From Acidobacteriota bacterium (lineage in GTDB: Bacteria > Acidobacteriota > UBA6911 > RPQK01 > JAJDTT01), in assembly GCA_965209055.1 (NCBI GenBank), contig OZ242374.1, forward strand, positions 1,920,001 to 1,984,000: a stretch of DNA of 64,000 nucleotides, given 5' to 3'. This document shows positions 57,805-64,000 of the stretch, in pieces. The translations under genes and the position numbers were made by a program. Every line of letters starts with the position of its first letter. Positions within the stretch are counted from its first letter, which is position 1. A model generated the notes under the pieces. That model ran no database searches, was not told where the DNA came from, and saw nothing but the letters and a program-made list of their open reading frames with translations.

Positions 57805-60606
57805 GTGACAGACATCCTCTCCATCCGCGGAGCCCGCCAGCACAATCTGAAGAACGTCGACCTGGACCTGCCCCGAAACCGGATCACCGTCATCACCGGT
57901 CTCAGCGGCTCGGGAAAGTCGAGCCTGGCCTTCGACACCCTCTACGCCGAGGGACAGCGGCGCTACATCGAATCGCTCTCCACCTACGCCCGCCAGTTCC
58001 TGGAGAAGATGGAGAAGCCGGACGTCGACTCCATCGAAGGGCTGTCGCCCGCCATCTCCATCGAGCAGAAGACCACCACCCGGAGCCCCCGCTCCACCGT
58101 GGGGACCATCACCGAAGTCTACGACTACCTCCGTCTCCTCTTCTCCAGCATCGGCACGCCCAGTTGCCCTCGTTGCGACCGCCCCATCACCCGCCAGTCG
58201 GTGGATCAGATCGTCTCCCGGATCCTGGCCGACGCGCCGGGTAAACGGGGCATGATCCTGGCTCCCCTGGTCCGGGACCGGAAGGGGGAGTTCAAGAAGT
58301 TGTTCGAACGGTACCGGAGGGAGGGATACCTGCGGGCGCGGGTGGACGGGCTCATGGAGTACCTGGAGGAACCTCCGCAACTGGACAAGCGGAAGAGCCA
58401 CACGGTGGAGATCGTCGTGGACCGGGTTCAGGTTCTGGAGCAGGCCCGGGCCCGAATCCGCAACTCGGTTCAACACGCCGTGGAGATGGCCGAAGGGTTG
58501 GTGGCCTTCTCTCCCTGGGGCGGGTCCGACCTCCTCTTCTCGGAGCGGGCCGCCTGTGTTCGCTGTGGCATCAGCATGCCGGAGTTGGAGCCCCGCAGCT
58601 TCTCCTTCAACAGCCGTTTCGGCGCCTGCTCCGAATGCGAGGGATTGGGGATTCGGCTTCGAGTCAACTTGAGGCGCTTGATGCCGGACCGGGACGCCAC
58701 TCTGGAGACCCTCTCTCCGGAGCTGCCCGACCGGGACCTCAAGCAATTCATGCGACAATCTCTGCAAGCCCTCCTGGAACACTTCTCCCTGGATCCCGGA
58801 ATCCCTCTCCGGGAATATCCCGACCGTGTCTGGAAGGCCCTGCGTGCCGGTCTCGACAAGCCCATACTGTTCCGTTACGGCGAACTGACCTATCCGGCGC
58901 GTTTCCCGGGATTGGAGCGATGGTTTCAGAAGAAGCTCCGTGCCACGGGAAGCGAGAAGAGGAAGCAGCGGCTTCTCAGCTTCATGGTCGAGGGCGACTG
59001 CCCGGCCTGCGGGGGAAGCCGGCTCCGTCCCGAGAGCCGGGCGGTGCGCATTCAGGGGCGCTCCATTTCGGAATACTGCCGGATGCCGCTGGACGAGTGC
59101 CTGCCTGCTCTGGAGGCCATCCGGCTCACCCCCCGGCAGGAGTCCATCGCAGGCCCGGTCCTGGATGAAATCCATCACCGGGTCCGGTTTCTGCTGAAAG
59201 TGGGGCTCTCCTACCTGACGCTGGACCGGAAGGCGGCTTCGCTGTCGGGCGGGGAAGCGCAACGAGTGCGGCTGGCCACCCAGGTGGGCTCCCGGCTCCG
59301 GGGAGTCCTCTACGTCCTGGACGAGCCCTCCGTGGGTCTCCACCCGCGGGACGTGGCCAGCCTCCTGGGCAGCCTGCGGCAACTCCGGGACCTGGGGAAC
59401 ACGATCCTCATCGTGGAGCACGACGAAGAGACCATCCGCAATGGCGACTTCGTTGTCGACCTGGGACCGGGCGCGGCCAACCACGGCGGGCGGGTGGTTG
59501 CGGCGGGAAGCCTCCAGGAGATTCTGCGCCATCCCGATTCCCTGACCGCTTCCTACCTGCGGGGCACGCGCCGCATCGAGCCTCCCCCGAGGAACCACAC
59601 CGGGGAACCCCGGTCCATTGAAGTCGTAGGCGCCACCCACAACAATCTCCGCGACATCGACGTCAGCTTTCCGCTGGGACGTCTGGTCCTGGTGACGGGC
59701 GTCTCGGGCTCGGGCAAGTCGTCCCTGGTGAGCGAAGTGCTCCACCGCGCCCTGAGCCGGAACCTCTACGGCTCCTTCGCGGAGCCGGGTCCCCATCGGG
59801 AGATCCGGGGGCTGGAGCATGTGGACAAGGTCATCGAGATCGACCAGTCTCCCATCGGCCGCACGCCGCGGTCGAACCCGGCCACCTACACCGGCGTCTT
59901 CACTCCCATTCGGCAGTTGTTCTCCCTCCTGCCCGAGTCCAGGTCCCGGGGCTACAAGGCGGGACGATTCAGCTTCAACGTCTCCGGCGGCCGGTGTGAA
60001 GCCTGCCGGGGAAACGGCTTGAGCAAGATCGAGATGAACTTCCTCCCCGACGTCTACGTGGTGTGCGAGAGCTGCAACGGCACCCGTTACAACCGGGAGA
60101 CCCGGGAGATTCGCTACCGCGGCTATTCCATCTCCGATGTGCTGGACATGACTGTGGAGGAGGCCTGCGAGCTCCTGGAGAACATCCCCACCATCAAGTC
60201 GCGGCTCAACACGTTGGTGGAGGTGGGGCTGGGCTACATCCGGCTGGGCCAGTCGGCGCCGACGCTCTCGGGCGGCGAGGCCCAACGGGTGAAGCTGGCC
60301 AGCGAACTCAATCGGCGGGCGACGGGCAACACCATCTACATCCTGGACGAACCCACCACCGGCCTCCACTTCGAGGACGTGAGGCGCCTTCTGGACATCC
60401 TCCACCGCCTGGTGGACGTGGGGAATACGGTCATCGTCATCGAGCACAACCTGGAGGTGGTGAAGAGCGCCGACTGGATCATCGACCTGGGACCCGGCGG
60501 AGGGAAAGCCGGCGGAGAAGTGGTCTGCACCGGTCCGCCGGAAGCCGTGGCCGGGTTTCCCGGCTCCTACACCGGCCAGGCCCTGCGCCAGGTTCTGGCT
60601 GGATGA
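57805..60606 (+). CDS. uvrA: Excinuclease ABC subunit A
   Basis: [18 protein letters not shown], two LSGGEAQR motifs and zinc fingers. Confidence 0.97.
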   Translation: MTDILSIRGARQHNLKNVDLDLPRNRITVITGLSGSGKSSLAFDTLYAEGQRRYIESLSTYARQFLEKMEKPDVDSIEGLSPAISIEQKTTTRSPRSTVGTITEVYDYLRLLFSSIGTPSCPRCDRPITRQSVDQIVSRILADAPGKRGMILAPLVRDRKGEFKKLFERYRREGYLRARVDGLMEYLEEPPQLDKRKSHTVEIVVDRVQVLEQARARIRNSVQHAVEMAEGLVAFSPWGGSDLLFSERAACVRCGISMPELEPRSFSFNSRFGACSECEGLGIRLRVNLRRLMPDRDATLETLSPELPDRDLKQFMRQSLQALLEHFSLDPGIPLREYPDRVWKALRAGLDKPILFRYGELTYPARFPGLERWFQKKLRATGSEKRKQRLLSFMVEGDCPACGGSRLRPESRAVRIQGRSISEYCRMPLDECLPALEAIRLTPRQESIAGPVLDEIHHRVRFLLKVGLSYLTLDRKAASLSGGEAQRVRLATQVGSRLRGVLYVLDEPSVGLHPRDVASLLGSLRQLRDLGNTILIVEHDEETIRNGDFVVDLGPGAANHGGRVVAAGSLQEILRHPDSLTASYLRGTRRIEPPPRNHTGEPRSIEVVGATHNNLRDIDVSFPLGRLVLVTGVSGSGKSSLVSEVLHRALSRNLYGSFAEPGPHREIRGLEHVDKVIEIDQSPIGRTPRSNPATYTGVFTPIRQLFSLLPESRSRGYKAGRFSFNVSGGRCEACRGNGLSKIEMNFLPDVYVVCESCNGTRYNRETREIRYRGYSISDVLDMTVEEACELLENIPTIKSRLNTLVEVGLGYIRLGQSAPTLSGGEAQRVKLASELNRRATGNTIYILDEPTTGLHFEDVRRLLDILHRLVDVGNTVIVIEHNLEVVKSADWIIDLGPGGGKAGGEVVCTGPPEAVAGFPGSYTGQALRQVLAG

Positions 60607-62090
60607 CGGGCCCACCGCCCGCGCCGTCCGGAAGCAGAGTGGTGATCGGGGAACTCTGGAGCCGGAGGGGTTGGCTTGCGGCCTCTCTTCTGGTTGTTCT
60701 CTCGTGCGCCGCCTGGACCTGGATCAGCTTTCAATTCCGCTACGGCGAGGGGCACGCCGACCGGCCCATCCCGACTTTCGTCCTGCTCTACGCGTGCGCC
60801 TGGGCGGGATTCTTCCTGGGCTACCTTCAGCTTCGCCGGGGGGACCGTCAAGCGCCGCTTCTCCTGATCGTGGCGACTGCCCTGGTCGCCCGCGTCCTGC
60901 TGCTCGGCTCCGGCCTGATTCAGGAGAATGACGTCTACCGTTACGTCCTGGACGGACAGGTCCTGCTGGCGGGAGCGAATCCATACGAGCAGTCCCCTTT
61001 GGAACTGTCGCTCCTTCCTCCGGAGCCTGTGGAACGGGCGCTGTCGGACCCGGCGGCGGAGGAGGTCATCTCCCGCATCGGGTACGCCGAGATTCCTACC
61101 CTCTACCCTCCGGCGGCTCAGGCGGCGTTCGCCGCCGGAGGCCTGATCAGCGGATGGAACTGGATCGGACTCCGGATCCTCTTCACCCTGTTCGATCTGG
61201 CCCTGATCGGGCTGATCGTCCTGCTGCTTACCCGTATCGGCTCGTCCCCGGCCTGGGTGCTCCTGTACGCCTGGAACCCGCTGGTGTTGAAGGAGGTCGC
61301 CAACTCGGTCCACGTGGACGTCCTGCCCGCCTTCTTCGTCGTGCTTCTGATGGTGAGCCTGGAACGGACCCGGCCTCATGGGGGCTGGAGGTGGCTGTTG
61401 ATGGCCGCCGGGTCCATGGCTGCAGGAGTGCTCTCGAAGCTGTATCCCATCCTCCTGTTGCCGGCCGCGTTCCGGTTCATCTCCCTGGTTTCGGGCGGGA
61501 AGAAGGCCGTCACCTTCGCGGCCGCGTCTCTCGCCGGGATCGTGCTTGGGTACCTGCCCTTCCTGTCCCTGGACGCGGACCGGCTCACCGACGGTCTCAG
61601 GAGCTATGCGGAACGCTGGCGGATGAACCAGGGCGCCTTCGACCTGCTGGAAGTTCTGCTCCCCCAGCCTCGGCTCGCCTGCGGCATCCTGATCCTGGCG
61701 GTCGCCGTGGCCGTGCCCTGGATCCGCCTCCGGTCCCGCGGATCGCCGGCGGAGCTGATGGGAGTCTGCCAGTGGGTCCTGCTGCTCTGGTTTCTCCTTC
61801 TGCCCGCGCCCTTTCCCTGGTACGCGGTAGTTCTCGCGGCACTGTTGCCGGCGACGCCGCGATTCGCATGGACGGCGCCCGCCGTCGTCGCGCTCTCCGG
61901 CGCGGCCGGCCTCTACTACCTCAGCTTCTACTACGAGTACCAGCGGTTTCCGGAAGCCTGGTGGACCTGGACCCGGCTGGCCGAGCACGCCTTGATCTGG
62001 GGAACCCTGGGATTCGCTTGGCTACAGTCCCGGCGGAGAGGCGGTTTCCAATCGCCCTCCGGGAGGGGGACTGGTGGTCCCCCTCAGTAG
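60603..62090 (+). CDS. GT-C fold membrane glycosyltransferase (GT87/DUF2029-like)
   Basis: [25 protein letters not shown] and FPWY. ATGA overlap with uvrA. Confidence 0.75.
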   Translation: MTGPPPAPSGSRVVIGELWSRRGWLAASLLVVLSCAAWTWISFQFRYGEGHADRPIPTFVLLYACAWAGFFLGYLQLRRGDRQAPLLLIVATALVARVLLLGSGLIQENDVYRYVLDGQVLLAGANPYEQSPLELSLLPPEPVERALSDPAAEEVISRIGYAEIPTLYPPAAQAAFAAGGLISGWNWIGLRILFTLFDLALIGLIVLLLTRIGSSPAWVLLYAWNPLVLKEVANSVHVDVLPAFFVVLLMVSLERTRPHGGWRWLLMAAGSMAAGVLSKLYPILLLPAAFRFISLVSGGKKAVTFAAASLAGIVLGYLPFLSLDADRLTDGLRSYAERWRMNQGAFDLLEVLLPQPRLACGILILAVAVAVPWIRLRSRGSPAELMGVCQWVLLLWFLLLPAPFPWYAVVLAALLPATPRFAWTAPAVVALSGAAGLYYLSFYYEYQRFPEAWWTWTRLAEHALIWGTLGFAWLQSRRRGGFQSPSGRGTGGPPQ

Positions 62091-62105
62091 GGGGGACTTT
62101 CCTGG
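62035..62105. repeat. Cluster of hairpin units overlapping the 3' end of the GT gene
   Basis: GGAGAGGCGGTTTCCAATCGCC, GAGGGGGAC-TGGTG-GTCCCCCTC and a truncated GTAGGGGGGACTTTCC. Confidence 0.7.
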
Positions 62106-62208
62106 TAGGCAAGCAAGTGAGATTGCGTGTAGCATACGATTCATCGACGCATACCGTCTGGGTCAGGACGCAGGGTGCCGGCTGCGTCCCATAAATGAGG
62201 AGAATGCG

Positions 62209-63903
62209 ATGAGATTGAACTGCAAGGGAGCGCTGTCTCTCGCCGTTCCGGCATTGGTCATGTTGGCGAGCGGGTTTGCCGAGGCCAAGACAACCGCCGG
62301 CGAGGTCAAGGACGATGCAACCCTCGAGGCCTTCGTCTTGGGGGCGAAGGCGGAAATCGAGGCGATCACGGACGTCAACGAAGGAGCAAAGCTCAGGGAG
62401 AGGCTGAGAACCGAGGGCGACTGGAAGTCCGGATCGATGTTCCTCATCATCTTCCTCCCGACCGGGGAGCCGTTCATCCACGGGGACGATGTGACGGCTG
62501 AGAGGAAGAATCTACTGGAGGTCGAGGACGACAACGGACTCAAGGTCGTCCAGGAACTCCTCGCGGCTGCTGCCCAAGGCGGCGGTTTCGTCAGGTATCA
62601 CGACGGGGAGCCGAAGACGGCATACGCTGTCGCATACACCTCGGGGATCACCGGAAGAGGATTCGTGCTGGTCGGCGGCTACTCCCAGGATGTCTCCCAT
62701 GTCCCCATCCTGATCCCGGATCTGCCGAAGCCGGCCGTAACCGCATCGCAGGTCGTGGACCGCGAGACACTCATCACCTTCGTCGAGGACGCGGCCAGGG
62801 TGTACCGCGAAGCCGTCCTGTCCGAAGGCTACGCCACTCTTACCGGGATCAGAAACGCCTTCCGGTTGGAAGGAGGGGACTGGAAGTCAGGTTCCATCTA
62901 CCTGTGGGTCGTGAGTGGCGGGGGCTTCATCCTGTTTCACGCAACCGAGCCGTTTCGCGAAGGCAGGCGCACGGACCTGACGAGGACGGACATCAACGGG
63001 GTGAGGTTCGCCGAGGAGCTGATCGGAGGCGCGCGGGGCGAGGGTCGGAAGTTCCTGGAGTACTACTACGACGACCCCACCATCGAGGGAGATGAGGACA
63101 CCGGTTCCCCGAAGCTGGGTTACGCGGTCAGCTTCCCGGTGCCCAACTCGCAGCAGAAGGCCGTCATCGGCTCCGGCATCTATCTGGGAAATCAGGTCGC
63201 GCTGGACTTCGCCCATTTCGGCAACGGGTCCGCCATCAGTTCCGATGTCGTGTTGGTGAATCTGGCCGCCACGCCAATCCGGCCTTTGGTCTACTTCTAC
63301 GACAAGAAGGGAGACCTCATCGATCCGGGATCGGTGGTGGACGTCGGCGGAAACCTGGACGCCACGGATTACGGGGCAATCACGCTCCAGTCCGAATTGG
63401 AGTCCTTGGGAGAAGTCACGATTTCGACCAATGGCCGGGGAGAGACGGTGACCGGCTCGGTGAAAGTGATCTCCGAAGGTCCCGACAGTCCCATCGGCGG
63501 GGTCTTGCGCTTTGACATTCCCGGCGCCGGCGTGGCCGGAGTCGGCGCCGGTCGCCCGGTCCGAGACGCCCTCTTCCCGGCGCGCCGCCAAGACGGAGGC
63601 ATCGACACCGGGGTGGCGCTCCGCAACCTGAGCGAGTCGGAGTTGACCTTGACCTGTCATCTGATGATGGGGGGCGAGGTGGTGGAGGAGAAGGAAGTCC
63701 CGCTGCCGGGCAACGGTCAGGACGCCATGTTCATCAGTGAGATGTTCGAATACGATACGTCGAACTTCACGGGATCGGTGCGCTGCGTGGCGCCGGGAAT
63801 CACGCAGAGGTTCACGGGTGTCGCGGTGGAATTGGATTCCATGAACGGTATCTTCACCACGCTGCCGATGATTCCTCTGGACGCCGATATGCCTTCCGAG
63901 TAG
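62209..63903 (+). CDS. Secreted protein with two Cache-like domains and an unrecognised C-terminal module
   Basis: GAGGAG RBS, signal peptide, internal repeat EGDWKSGSMFL / EGGDWKSGSIYL, and Cache-like D-NG ... PK-(A/G)YA patterns. Confidence 0.7.
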   Translation: MRLNCKGALSLAVPALVMLASGFAEAKTTAGEVKDDATLEAFVLGAKAEIEAITDVNEGAKLRERLRTEGDWKSGSMFLIIFLPTGEPFIHGDDVTAERKNLLEVEDDNGLKVVQELLAAAAQGGGFVRYHDGEPKTAYAVAYTSGITGRGFVLVGGYSQDVSHVPILIPDLPKPAVTASQVVDRETLITFVEDAARVYREAVLSEGYATLTGIRNAFRLEGGDWKSGSIYLWVVSGGGFILFHATEPFREGRRTDLTRTDINGVRFAEELIGGARGEGRKFLEYYYDDPTIEGDEDTGSPKLGYAVSFPVPNSQQKAVIGSGIYLGNQVALDFAHFGNGSAISSDVVLVNLAATPIRPLVYFYDKKGDLIDPGSVVDVGGNLDATDYGAITLQSELESLGEVTISTNGRGETVTGSVKVISEGPDSPIGGVLRFDIPGAGVAGVGAGRPVRDALFPARRQDGGIDTGVALRNLSESELTLTCHLMMGGEVVEEKEVPLPGNGQDAMFISEMFEYDTSNFTGSVRCVAPGITQRFTGVAVELDSMNGIFTTLPMIPLDADMPSE

Positions 63904-63939
63904 GCAAGGGCGGTTGCGGTCGACATCTTCGCCACGGTA

Positions 63940-63964
63940 GGAGGGGGGACTTTCCAGTCCCCCC
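63940..63964. repeat. GGAG-tagged hairpin
   Basis: GGAGGGGGGAC-TTTCCA-GTCCCCCC followed by a pyrimidine tract. Confidence 0.8.
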
Positions 63965-64000
63965 GTCTTCTTCTTCGTTGCTACGGGATTCGGTGAACCG

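Noticed and set aside
57616-60615. 999-aa antisense ORF and many similar long overlapping ORFs
   Set aside because: Antisense shadows of uvrA and other genes caused by high-GC codon bias, with no protein motifs.

Overview
High-GC bacterial chromosomal window with about 50 genes. The style (PVC-type heme dehydrogenase, Tat-exported Gfo/Idh/MocA enzymes, beta-propeller lipoproteins) suggests Acidobacteriota or a similar lineage, which is an inference only. The backbone is housekeeping and metabolic: modABC with an XRE/PBP regulator, uxuA, tag, thiO-like, rlmD, plsC-like, polA, uvrA and several transporters. Interspersed are one complete IS5-family element and four toxin-antitoxin or defence inserts: a RES pair, a MazF/PemK remnant, Phd/VapC, and an IetA/IetS-like AAA ATPase + S8 protease with an in-frame TAG. 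Most notable observations: (i) two unrelated secreted proteins appear to share an unrecognised ~200-aa module, and one of them is a stand-alone tandem Cache protein; (ii) an ECF sigma/anti-sigma operon ends in an HtrA-like protein that seems to lack the catalytic triad; (iii) GGAG-tagged, TTCC-loop hairpin repeats with variable stems occur at 13 loci; (iv) the IS inserted exactly into the overlapping stop codons of two convergent genes. No tRNA, rRNA or CRISPR array was seen. All family calls are by motif recognition, with no database search.
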